The notes beneath the pieces are model-generated. The model saw nothing but the letters and a program-made list of their open reading frames with translations. It was not told the DNA's origin and searched no databases. A stretch of 63,614 bases of DNA, the filler included, from Stramenopiles sp. TOSAG23-3 (lineage: Eukaryota), in NCBI GenBank assembly GCA_900128585.1. It is 13 parts of 13 records of this genome, joined end to end, with 100 filler letters (N's around TTAATTAATTAA, not from the genome) between each part and the next. Parts side by side here need not be neighbours in the genome. Positions count along the whole stretch, not along the records: positions 50,344 to 55,823 come from LT643517.1; positions 55,924 to 61,402 come from LT643518.1; positions 61,503 to 62,508 come from LT646732.1; positions 62,609 to 63,614 come from LT646733.1; 9 more parts are not named here. One strand, written 5' to 3'. A program made the translations under genes and the position numbers. Of this stretch, positions 54,409-63,614 are shown one piece after another. How positions within the stretch are numbered: position 1 is the stretch's first letter; the number at the start of each line of letters is the position of its first letter.

Positions 54409-55650
54409 CTACGCTTTCTCCAAACCCAGTAAGATCATCGTTGCCAAGGTAAGCAACGCAAAGAATCCCCAAACAATGGCATTGCCTTTCTGTATTTCTC
54501 CGTAGTAAAACACGCCCCAAAGCCCGCTCGTAATTAACTGAGACGCCACCATCTGCGCGTTGGCAATTGCATTCCCCCCCGTTACCACAGCGAGCGTGCA
54601 GAACACGTTTCCCAAGACCCAGAACGTCCCTGCAGCGATGCCTGGCTTTCGCATAATTTTCCAGTGCAAGCTTGGGCATAACGACATGCGTTTCTCGGCG
54701 TAAGCTTCCGACTTCACTACGAAGCGCATTATCGTTCGAAAGCATACCAGGACAAGCAAGGCCGTCAGGGTGACTGTAAACGCCCCAATGCCGAAAGAAA
54801 CCAACCAACTCCCAACGTCGTTGAACTGCTGGTTCAGCCTGGCTGGGCATTTCTCCGGGTCCTTGTAGCAGTGCGCTTTGTTCTCTTCGTACTCTTTTCC
54901 AGCAGTTACCGCGCCGTACTGAACGGAGCTGAAAATTCCCGTCATCATGCCAGCAGATAGCCCAAGGAACCATACTGGCGAATACGGTTTGGCGTTCGCC
55001 CAGGTGTTGGGCTGGGACTTTTTCTCTTCCTCGTCGAACCGATTCGCGGACGACACCAGCAGTGGGGGCATATCGTCCTCCGTGGAATCGCCGCTGCCCT
55101 GCGCCTGGCTCCCCCCCCCCAGCCATTGTGGTAAATTCTTGAACTGCGGTGACAGTACCATTCCAACCATGCCGCACACTACTAAAAACAACCACACCGG
55201 CGCTAGGTAATATGTACACCCATCCCCGCAGCTGTGAGTCTTCACCTTTTCTCCCATGACGAGCCAAAAGACTAGAAACGAAAGAATGGAGCTTGACCCG
55301 GCAGCAACGGCCACGGCCAGCCCAACGCCGACAATAGGGACAGCAAATATCGTGGTCAACCCGGACGGGATCCATCCAGCGGCCGAGACAATCCCCCAGT
55401 ATGTGAATATGTACAGTGGCAACTCCCCGTACTCCTGCTTCTGCGAAGAGACCGGTCCTAGGGTTGGGTCAATGGCTCGAGGGATAAGGAACAGGAAACC
55501 AGTCAAAAACACCATGGTCGATTTATACAGTTGAAAAACAACTGGGTGCACGTTTGCCTCGATCACTGCTTTGCTTTTTATGGGCACAGGATAAGTGCCC
55601 ATGAAAACCCCACCCAGCAGCGCGTACAAGAGTGGAAGAAATGATGCCAT
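54409..55650 (-). CDS. TMEM144: TMEM144/CEO-family drug-metabolite transporter (DMT superfamily)
   Basis: GVFMGTYPVPIK, PVVFQ, AVPIVGVGLA, GIAAGTFWVLGN and GLWGVFYYGEI; about 10 TM. Confidence 0.75.
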   Translation of the reverse strand: MASFLPLLYALLGGVFMGTYPVPIKSKAVIEANVHPVVFQLYKSTMVFLTGFLFLIPRAIDPTLGPVSSQKQEYGELPLYIFTYWGIVSAAGWIPSGLTTIFAVPIVGVGLAVAVAAGSSSILSFLVFWLVMGEKVKTHSCGDGCTYYLAPVWLFLVVCGMVGMVLSPQFKNLPQWLGGGSQAQGSGDSTEDDMPPLLVSSANRFDEEEKKSQPNTWANAKPYSPVWFLGLSAGMMTGIFSSVQYGAVTAGKEYEENKAHCYKDPEKCPARLNQQFNDVGSWLVSFGIGAFTVTLTALLVLVCFRTIMRFVVKSEAYAEKRMSLCPSLHWKIMRKPGIAAGTFWVLGNVFCTLAVVTGGNAIANAQMVASQLITSGLWGVFYYGEIQKGNAIVWGFFALLTLATMILLGLEKA

Positions 55651-55924
55651 TTTCCTCTCAAACCGTGAATACGATTGGATACTGTCGTTCCTTCAAACAG
55701 AAGAAATCCACATTTTACTTTTTCTTTTCCCTTCCGAAATAAATGTTTTATTAATTCACCAAGTAAGTGTATACAGTTTAATTAAATATAAACTTTTTTC
55801 TGCAATTTGTCGTTTATATATATNNNNNNNNNNNNNNNNNNNNNNNNNNNNNNNNNNNNNNNNNNNNTTAATTAATTAANNNNNNNNNNNNNNNNNNNNN
55901 NNNNNNNNNNNNNNNNNNNNNNNC

Positions 55925-56353
55925 TTCAAGACGCAATTGCAGTACGCAACCCCGAACAGAAAATCGCTGGTGTGGATGGAGGACGTTGTCGACGATGGGC
56001 GAATTGCGTTTACGAGTATTGCGGCTTCAACTGCGGTGGGGCAGGATAGAAAATGGAGCATGATGTCTGGCCAAGGCTCCGGGATGTACAGCCAGAAGTT
56101 TGTGATCGAAAAGAGCGACTCGCCGCCGGAAACGTGGGCATCCCTTAGCCAAGCGGACCAACGTTATATTACTGGGATTGCGACGGATGACCAGGAATGG
56201 CTGGTCATAGCGTCTCGGGGTGTTTGTGATCTGCCCGCAAAATGCGACCAAAAGTTCGTCAAAAGTACGGATGGCCAGTCTTCCAACGCCAGACTTGACA
56301 AAATCATCCGGAAGCCGTTCGTCGGCAAGCTCCAACACGTCGGCATAATCTAG
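55925..56353 (+). CDS. 3' end of a protein with a DUF7477-like domain (as in the C-terminus of MUT9/HD16-like CK1 kinases)
   Basis: Repeated FTSIAA..WSMMS..Q and YITGIATDDQEWLVIAS..Q units; frame open from contig start. Confidence 0.5.
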   Translation, partial: FKTQLQYATPNRKSLVWMEDVVDDGRIAFTSIAASTAVGQDRKWSMMSGQGSGMYSQKFVIEKSDSPPETWASLSQADQRYITGIATDDQEWLVIASRGVCDLPAKCDQKFVKSTDGQSSNARLDKIIRKPFVGKLQHVGII

Positions 56354-56443
56354 GATTTGGTCATCCTTTCGGAACGTTTTCGACTTCAACGAGTGTATGT
56401 TCATGAAACTGTTGGGAAACGCGGATGACGTAGGGAACATTAG

Positions 56444-59400
56444 AATACTAGTAATAATAGACTTGGAGATCTTTTTAGGCATGGAGTCAGGATCTTTGCC
56501 ATAGACCCGCACCAAGAGCGAAAGGCAAGAAAGGCAGCAGAGAAAAAGCGGGCTGCAGAACTGAAGAAAATCCAGGATGAAATGCACGATTCAGAGTTTG
56601 GGGTTTTGGGAGGTGCTGCTGGAAAGGCGGCGAAAGCAAACCAAGTGGCGCCGGAACCAGAAAAGAAAAAGCTCACATGGGATAGCAGTAGTGAAGAAGA
56701 AGGTTCTGGAAGCGAAGAATCGGAGTCGGAAAGTGAAGACGAAGTTCTCAAAGCACAAACGCCTTTGATGGCACGAATCGCGTTGGCAAAAGCAAAGAAA
56801 AAAGGCGGCGTGGGATCCAGACCGGGGGCCGCGCACGCAATGATGCTGGCTGCCGCTCGCAAGAAGCACAACGGTGGCAAGAAGGTCGATGCTTCTGACC
56901 ATATTCACGCCCGCAAACTTCTGGAATTAAAGAAGATTCATGAAAAGAATGGCAATGGAAATGCCACTGCGGTGCAGAAAGCCGCAGTGAAGGGGGTCGA
57001 TGATCCAAACGCACCACCGCCTACGAAGGATAATATGGATGAGTACGAACTGGGAAAATATAAACTTATCGTTGCTAAATACACCGAGGAAGAAATTTTG
57101 GAGGAGCTGGCGAGAAGGAAGATAAGACCGAAGAAGCTTTTCGCAAAAAAAATACGACTGATGGAGCAGTTAAAAAACGCGACTGTGGACGAGACTAGAT
57201 TGACCCCGGACGAAATCCGAGAAGTGATGGATGAGATGAACCAAATGAGTCAAGACGATTTGGTCGCCCAACTTCGAATAGCGAAGGTGAAGCCGGAGTG
57301 CAAACTGGTGCCAAAAAAAGAACTACTGCAGCAGCTAATGAAAGCCATTGATTGCGTAAATTTGGAAGACGAGAAGCTAAGGGAAGAACTAAAAAGCATC
57401 GATGACGAAGTGGAGCTTCTGAAAATTGTACAGGAACGTGGCTTGGAGCCTCGTACAAACTTGGCTCCGAAAGAAGAGTTGATCAAACAATTGGAAGAGG
57501 CGATAGATTCTTCCGCCCTGCCGGAGGGAATAACGGTGGAAACGGAGAAACAGCGAATGAGCAAACTCTCCCAAATAAAAGCTCGGTTGGAGCTAGAAGA
57601 GAAAGGCATTTCTCCAAAAAGAGTGCCGGGTACAGCAAAAGATTATAAAAAACAGCTCCTGGATCACATGAATGGTGTCGATGAGACTGCTGCAGAGCTG
57701 AGAGCGTGTGTGGCCAAATGGGGTGTACCGCGTTTGGTGAAGGAATTGAAATCGCGGGGGGTCGAGCCTGCAATTGAGATTGCCACGAAGAAAAGTTTGT
57801 GCGAGCAACTGTTGCAGGTGAGAGTTCGAGAAGAGATGGATGTAAAGGAGAAGAAGAAGGAGACTAAGGCGGTAAAGAAGATGACATTGGTTGAATTGAT
57901 TGCTAACTTAGAAGCCCAAGGCGTTGAGCCAGAAAATGTGACCGCTAAAACGTCTGTGTTGAAGGATCAAATGAATGATGTTCTAGACGGTGGCTACGAA
58001 AAAGACTTGGAAGACAGCCCCGAACACTCGGAAAAACGCATCAAGCGCATGACCCTCCGCCAAGTCGAGCAGGCTATTTTAGACCGTGGCGGTACCATCG
58101 AGTACGCCGATGCAAAGAAGAAAGTCGTGCACCAACAGCTGTACGACAGCACGGATTGGAAAAGCATGGATGAGGCGTCTGTAAAAGCAAGGGTAAAACT
58201 CATCAAGGGCATGGATATCTTGGAGCTCAAGTATGAATTGAAGAAGAAAGGGATCATTGCCAAACGGGTACTTCCGAAACGCACCGAGCTGGTAACAACA
58301 CTGGATCAGCTGATCAAAACTGAACGCTACCGCAGAAAAATGGCCAGGAAGTCTACCCTTGTTACCAAGTTGGACCCTGCCGACATTGACACCACCCTGG
58401 TGGACCCCATCGACATTGAATACGAGATGGACCTTCTGGAAGAAATTGGCGAGGTCGCGCGAGAGGAAAAGTGCCCAGTGCGTTGCCACAGCATGGCGAA
58501 AAAAGAGGACATGCGCTGGTTGCTCCTCGTCCGCAGAATGGAATTTGAACTGTACATTGGAATGGGTTCAGAGAAGAAGGTGCAGTTCTACTGCATCTGT
58601 GTCGCGCTAACTGCATTTTGTTTGTTTACCATTTACATGAACTTGCTGTTTGGAATATTGTTCGAGCCCGACCAGAGCCTGGGCTGGATGACGTCTTGCT
58701 TGACCACTTTGATACAGGGTGCTGTCTTGTATGAACCCATTGGTATCTGTGCCGGGGTGCTCATGGGAAGCAAACTGCCACAACTTTGGAAGTTGCTCAA
58801 CAGCCATGGGGATAAAGTAGACAAAGAGTTGGACGCGGCTATTCTAGTCCAGACGAACTGGAGGGCAAAGAAGGAGCACAGAAAGTACATGGCAATGCTG
58901 AAAGATAAGCGCGGTGCCCAACAAGCGATGGCAGATGCCAGGCAAGCCGAGATCGACAAGTTTGCGAACAAGCACAAGCGAGAAATTGAAGCGGCAACAA
59001 CTATTCAAGCGTTCATGCGCGGGTGCTGGGATCGCGAACGATGCGTCACCATCCGACGAGAAATTTTGGCGCGCCGTGCACGAGTTCGCAAAGAGCGTCG
59101 CCAACGCGTCATGTCGCGCATTAAGGGACAGGCCGCTGCGTCGTACAATATGAGTCTGAGCGACAAAAGGGCAGACGAAGAAAGACGCCGATTAGAACGG
59201 GAGGCTTACATGGCGGCAATTATTGCAAAGAAGGATGCCGCTCGGGATTTCTTGGCAATGAAGGTTGCCGAAGGCCGCATGGTGGCGGAAAGCCAAGACG
59301 CAATGCTTGAAAACTTCAAACTAGGAATGGGGGGGGGTAGTGGGAAGAAGAAGGGAGGGCTTGGTGGCCGTAGAAACAGAGGAAATGGCCCTGCTGGACC

Positions 59401-59449
59401 TGGGACCGGCAGTCGCCGCACTGCAAAAACCAAGAAGATTAAGTTTTGA
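56444..59449 (+). CDS. Membrane protein with about 8 SAP/HeH-like repeats, 2 TM segments and 2 IQ motifs; 5' end uncertain (first ATG 56582)
   Basis: Repeats such as KMTLVELIANLEAQGVEPENVTAKTSVLKDQM; TMs FYCICVALTAFCLFTIYMNLLFGILF and WMTSCLTTLIQGAVLYEPIGI; IQ-like LVQTNWRAKKEHR and IQAFMRGCWDR; frame open from 56444. Confidence 0.75.
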   Translation, partial: NTSNNRLGDLFRHGVRIFAIDPHQERKARKAAEKKRAAELKKIQDEMHDSEFGVLGGAAGKAAKANQVAPEPEKKKLTWDSSSEEEGSGSEESESESEDEVLKAQTPLMARIALAKAKKKGGVGSRPGAAHAMMLAAARKKHNGGKKVDASDHIHARKLLELKKIHEKNGNGNATAVQKAAVKGVDDPNAPPPTKDNMDEYELGKYKLIVAKYTEEEILEELARRKIRPKKLFAKKIRLMEQLKNATVDETRLTPDEIREVMDEMNQMSQDDLVAQLRIAKVKPECKLVPKKELLQQLMKAIDCVNLEDEKLREELKSIDDEVELLKIVQERGLEPRTNLAPKEELIKQLEEAIDSSALPEGITVETEKQRMSKLSQIKARLELEEKGISPKRVPGTAKDYKKQLLDHMNGVDETAAELRACVAKWGVPRLVKELKSRGVEPAIEIATKKSLCEQLLQVRVREEMDVKEKKKETKAVKKMTLVELIANLEAQGVEPENVTAKTSVLKDQMNDVLDGGYEKDLEDSPEHSEKRIKRMTLRQVEQAILDRGGTIEYADAKKKVVHQQLYDSTDWKSMDEASVKARVKLIKGMDILELKYELKKKGIIAKRVLPKRTELVTTLDQLIKTERYRRKMARKSTLVTKLDPADIDTTLVDPIDIEYEMDLLEEIGEVAREEKCPVRCHSMAKKEDMRWLLLVRRMEFELYIGMGSEKKVQFYCICVALTAFCLFTIYMNLLFGILFEPDQSLGWMTSCLTTLIQGAVLYEPIGICAGVLMGSKLPQLWKLLNSHGDKVDKELDAAILVQTNWRAKKEHRKYMAMLKDKRGAQQAMADARQAEIDKFANKHKREIEAATTIQAFMRGCWDRERCVTIRREILARRARVRKERRQRVMSRIKGQAAASYNMSLSDKRADEERRRLEREAYMAAIIAKKDAARDFLAMKVAEGRMVAESQDAMLENFKLGMGGGSGKKKGGLGGRRNRGNGPAGPGTGSRRTAKTKKIKF

Positions 59450-59795
59450 AGAAGAAAACAAGAGTAGTCACGGGAAAACGTACCTTATATCCTAAACTTA
59501 TTTTTAAAAAACAAGAAAATTGGCTGTTATTTTAAGTATCATAATTAAATTTAGCTTCCTCATATGATAGCCTAATCCTAACTTGGTTCTGTAATTTTAT
59601 TTCGTTGTTGGTTGTCAATCACCGTAAAAAAAACAGAACCGAAAATGGTGCCTCCCATTAATTTATTTTAAGATATTTTAAAAGTTTACAGTTCACTGGA
59701 AACATTTTAAGTTTACAACTCTTCCCTGTGTGCCGGCTTTCAAATTTCTTCTTCCTGAAATACCATATTTACGAGAAATTCGGAAAATATGATTC

Positions 59796-61148
59796 TCAAG
59801 CTTCCAAGGCCTCTGTCCAACTGTTCGTAGACCTATCGATGGCATCGCTTTTTTTTCCTGGGACCAAGGAGATATCCATAGAGAATCTGCTTGCCGAGGC
59901 CTGTGTCTTGTTAGCTGCTAAATCCGCAAAACTTCCCATTGAATTCTCCGCGGAACGTCTCCTCCATAAATCCAATAACGTCGCTTTCGGGGGCTTTATC
60001 CCCTTTATTCTGAAAGTTAAAAACCCAAAAAATATAATGCACGTCAAATTCATAGCAAACAAAGCCAGACTATATGTCCACATTTCATGTAATTCAGATT
60101 CGAAATGGATGGCGTAAACAAGCAGCATTCCGGCATTGCAAATCGGAGGCAAGAGTGCAGCGCTTATGGCGACTCCTACCAAGGCGTTGATCCCCCCACT
60201 CGATATTGCCAAGGCAACGCCGACTCCGGACGGGATAGCAACAAAGAGTCCCCAACCTATATCATCGGGCTGTGTCCTACCGTACATTTCAAGGTTTGCT
60301 GCGGTTTGGTTGGCTCTGAATTCTAACCCTACTTGTTTTATGGTCGACATTAAAAAGAAACAATCAATGAATGCAACTAGCATGCCAATAAGAAAGCAAA
60401 TAATTATTCCAATTGCTTCATTTCTGAAACTTTTCCAAATCATTGTTTTGTCTCGAATTGCGAGTCCAAACGTCATCCCCAATATCGGACCCATTAGTGG
60501 CGAGACAAGCATGGAGGATATGACAGTAGTGGCGGAATTTCGGCGCAAGCCGATGCTTGCAATTATTGCCGCTACGAAAACGAGGGTAATGTATTCGCAT
60601 GTCAAGTGAAGCTGACCATCCACAATACCGTGAATTTCTTGCAAAGTCATTCGGTCAGTCAGGGTGAAAGACCGTTTCCCAAGGCAAGGACAGTATTTCA
60701 GGCTTCTTCGTTCGTCCGTTGACCTCGATACCAACCGTGTAAGGGTGGGTATCGAGGCGGTGATTTCTGCCAAATCAATGCGACCAAAATGTTTTCCTAT
60801 CCCTGTCTTCATCACTTCTTCAAGAACCATTCTTGCTTCCTTTCCACGAGACCTGAAGGTCATTATGTGGTGTGTTCTCCCTTCCACCCAGGTAGGCTCG
60901 TGCGCGTAGTTGTTCTCTTTCAGCATTTCAAACACAGTCCCCGCAAACTGAATACTTCCTGGCGTCCCGAACAGGTTTCTTTCAGATGACTTACTACGAA
61001 CAGAACCCCCGAACGAAGAACTCTTCGTAGTATTATTGTAAAGGCCCGAGCCGACGAGGGATTCCTTGGATGACGATTGCTTAGAAAGCGTTTTGCGGCT
61101 GTCTTCAACTTTAGAGAAGGTTACCGTTACCAGCCTAAGGCCACTCAT
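59796..61148 (-). CDS. DUF389 family membrane protein
   Basis: AAIIASIGL..NSATTVISSMLVSPLMGPI and LVGVAISAALLPPICNAG are DUF389 signatures. Confidence 0.9.
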   Translation of the reverse strand: MSGLRLVTVTFSKVEDSRKTLSKQSSSKESLVGSGLYNNTTKSSSFGGSVRSKSSERNLFGTPGSIQFAGTVFEMLKENNYAHEPTWVEGRTHHIMTFRSRGKEARMVLEEVMKTGIGKHFGRIDLAEITASIPTLTRLVSRSTDERRSLKYCPCLGKRSFTLTDRMTLQEIHGIVDGQLHLTCEYITLVFVAAIIASIGLRRNSATTVISSMLVSPLMGPILGMTFGLAIRDKTMIWKSFRNEAIGIIICFLIGMLVAFIDCFFLMSTIKQVGLEFRANQTAANLEMYGRTQPDDIGWGLFVAIPSGVGVALAISSGGINALVGVAISAALLPPICNAGMLLVYAIHFESELHEMWTYSLALFAMNLTCIIFFGFLTFRIKGIKPPKATLLDLWRRRSAENSMGSFADLAANKTQASASRFSMDISLVPGKKSDAIDRSTNSWTEALEA

Positions 61149-61502
61149 AATAGTAACCTTGGAAGAGAGTGCTCGGAACGTAGGTGTAAACGGGATAAAA
61201 TGAACGTGGAAATGCGTGAGGAGAAGGATGAGAGCGTTAACGGGGATGGGGTTTGTCTTGGCGGCTGCAATCTCCCCAACGTTTCGAATTGCTTTGAACT
61301 ACGAATCCCTCTTTACTACTTATCGTTTGTTTATTTAAATCATCGTTCAAGAAGATACACACAAAAGTCGCTGCCACACATCGCGCGTATAAAGAATCAC
61401 TANNNNNNNNNNNNNNNNNNNNNNNNNNNNNNNNNNNNNNNNNNNNTTAATTAATTAANNNNNNNNNNNNNNNNNNNNNNNNNNNNNNNNNNNNNNNNNN
61501 NN

Positions 61503-61796
61503 AAGCATGGGCAACCTTGCCAGTACGTACAGTGCTTTGGGACGCCATGAGGACGCCCTTCGATTGAAGGAAGAAACCTTGCGTTCAGGAAACGTATCCT
61601 CCCATCAGACCATCCCGATATTGGAACAAGCATGAACAACCTTGCCCTTACGTACTTAAATTTGGGACGCCATGAGGACGCCCTTCGATTGGGGGAAGAA
61701 TCCTTGGCGTTCAGGAAACGTATCCTCCCATCGGACCATCCCGATATTGCAACAAGCATGAACAACCTTGCCAGTACGTACAGTGCTTTTGTCTAA
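61503..61796 (+). pseudogene. Fragment of 42-aa TPR repeats (kinesin light chain/NPHP3 type) with a frameshift
   Basis: Repeat unit SMNNLALTYLNLGRHEDALRLGEESLAFRKRILPSDHPDIA; unit ATGs at 61507, 61632 and 61758 (spacing 125 then 126 nt, so a 1-nt deletion); the third unit stops abruptly. Confidence 0.7.
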
Positions 61797-62608
61797 CTAA
61801 TTTAAATAGTGTCTATAAAATAATTTCTCATTATTTCTTTCTCTTCTTTCATCACGACATCATTATCTATTTCAATGTAGATGGTACAGCACAAGTGCTA
61901 TTTTAATATTGTCTATCTATTTATTTTTGATTTAGTACTACTACCGGTATTATAATACCTGTACAGGTACAGGAACCAGGTAATACCTGGTACGGTACCG
62001 TACCCGTAATAATACCGCAAAGGCGTGTTTGTAGTTTGACAACTTCTCCGAAACTATAGAAAACAATTGCCAAGAATGTGGTGTTGATATGGGTAAAAAT
62101 AATCCCCGTCAGCTTTGCGGATAAACAGTGTGTTATAATCCAACTTCGCCCGTTAGCACACCCAGTTCCAGTTCAGAAGCCGAGACAGCAACGCCATCAC
62201 CGTCTAATATAAACTATTGGAGGGAAAGAGAGAAAGAATGGCACAACCGCAGAAACGCACAGATAGCTGCTGCGTCACCGCTTGAACACCTTGCAGAGCG
62301 AGGGAAATTGAGGGCAAATGAACTTTTCGAAGATGGCTTTTCCCGCCAGCGCGGCGAGAACTTGGTATTACCTGTACCGGGTAATAAAATATGAAGATAC
62401 CGCAGAAGACTACCTGGTACGGGTACCGGTACCCGTACCGGTAATAGCACAAACCGGTACAGTATAATAATTATTTCAGCAGGCTTCTTCTCTTTTCTTT
62501 TGTATTCANNNNNNNNNNNNNNNNNNNNNNNNNNNNNNNNNNNNNNNNNNNNTTAATTAATTAANNNNNNNNNNNNNNNNNNNNNNNNNNNNNNNNNNNN
62601 NNNNNNNN

Positions 62609-62668
62609 AGGAAGGAAGGAAGGAAGGAAGGAAGGAAGGAAGGAAGGAAGGAAGGAAGGAAGGAAGGA
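62609..62668 (+). repeat. (GGAA)n microsatellite
   Basis: Seen directly at contig start. Confidence 0.95.
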
Positions 62669-62912
62669 AAGAAAGAGAGAAGGGGGGATCGTGGGGAGGG
62701 AGCACCGTGACGCCGTCCCAAGGATTTCTTTGGGTTCGAAACACGTTCAAAGTTGTAAAGCTTAGTAGTGCAGCACGTCTCGTGTAATTATTGGCTTATT
62801 CTCTCTGTTGCGTTATTTTACAAAATATGTATACACCCACTGGCCTGCGCCCTCCTCTCTCTCTCTCGCCCGAACGTTGCAAGGCCCTCCTTCGCCTCAC
62901 ACGCTGCGCCCC

Positions 62913-63614
62913 TCACTCCCCGTCGCCGAGCACCTTCATGGTCATCTCAAAGCCGCCAAACGCCACGGCGTTCGCCGGACCGGCGCGAAGGACGCACGGG
63001 AGAAACCCGCGGTACAGGCCCAGCACCCCCCCCTCGTGCTTCAAAATGTGCTTGGCCACCTGCAACGGGGACATCCCGGCCGTCCCGACCCCGGCCCGGT
63101 TGATCTGGACCCTCGTCTTGATCAAGTCGACGGGGAAATTGGCGCACCAAAAGCAAATCCCAGCGCCAAAGCCCGCGGACAACCCAAGGGACAACCGCGC
63201 GCCCGGCTCCACCGCCCCGCTCGCCACAAGCCGGCCTTTGAAAAATTCGTAGCTGCAAAAATACGCCGGGGACCCGAGCAAACGGGTCCCCAGGGTTGGC
63301 AGGTACCCCTGGAGCAGCCCACGGACGCCAAGGGACCGGGCGCAATCGAACGGGCCAGAGTACAGCCGTTGCACGCCCGCGGACTGAAACTGAAGCTGGT
63401 TCTTCACCACGTCGACCGGGCAAAGGCACAGGCAATACCCGGGGGCGGCCACCCAGGTCGCCAAACAGATCTGGGAAAGGCTCAGGTCCGACACAGGGAC
63501 ACCAACCGAAGACGCAACGATTCGCTTCGAACCGTTGTAAAACGCAAAGAGGGCCGCGTTCGTGTACCCTGCCATGACCAGCGGCGCGCTCAACCCTTTG
63601 AAAAATCCAACGAC
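62913..63614 (-). CDS. Mitochondrial carrier (SLC25; carnitine/ornithine-carrier-like), 5' truncated
   Basis: PVDVVKNQLQ and PVDLIKTRVQ signature motifs; YSGPFDC; GLYRGFLPCVLRAGPANAVAF; frame open to window end. Confidence 0.92.
   Translation of the reverse strand, partial: VVGFFKGLSAPLVMAGYTNAALFAFYNGSKRIVASSVGVPVSDLSLSQICLATWVAAPGYCLCLCPVDVVKNQLQFQSAGVQRLYSGPFDCARSLGVRGLLQGYLPTLGTRLLGSPAYFCSYEFFKGRLVASGAVEPGARLSLGLSAGFGAGICFWCANFPVDLIKTRVQINRAGVGTAGMSPLQVAKHILKHEGGVLGLYRGFLPCVLRAGPANAVAFGGFEMTMKVLGDGE

Noticed and set aside
62128-62394. 88-aa ORF in the short contig
   Set aside because: GTG start, no recognisable motif and no supporting context.
1-63614. Functional clustering of GH19, saposin-like, LRR and glycosidase genes as one defence or feeding island
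   Set aside because: They lie on different, artificially concatenated contigs, so adjacency carries no information.

Overview
This is eukaryotic nuclear DNA, not one continuous locus. It consists of 13 short contigs (eleven of about 5.5 kb, two of about 1 kb) joined by artificial 100-nt spacers (N44-TTAATTAATTAA-N44), so gene neighbourhoods only count within a contig. Genes are compact and intron-poor. Two short GTAAGT..CTAAC..YAG introns are visible, and intergenic DNA is AT-rich with (GAA)n tracts. The gene content (CFAP410, ERLEC1, ERD2-like, DHHC, uL24m, mitochondrial carrier, LRR and 7TM proteins, secreted hydrolases) fits a flagellated heterotrophic protist, probably a stramenopile; this is an inference. 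Main observations: (1) an intact IMPDH paralogue lacking the catalytic Cys and the flap Arg-Tyr, a probable pseudo-enzyme; (2) a pair of highly conserved secreted saposin-like paralogues with an extra cysteine pair; (3) a secreted GH19 of bacterial/phage type with Cys-rich modules and an acidic repeat tail; (4) a membrane protein with about 8 tandem SAP/HeH-like repeats plus IQ motifs; (5) a Frizzled-CRD-like + multi-TM + LRR receptor-like gene; (6) an unannotated TIL-domain ORF; (7) a modular interspersed repeat family concentrated downstream of gene 3' ends across many contigs; (8) several apparent micro-deletions or frameshifts in otherwise intact genes, which may be assembly artefacts. All domain calls come from motif recognition by eye; no database searches were run.
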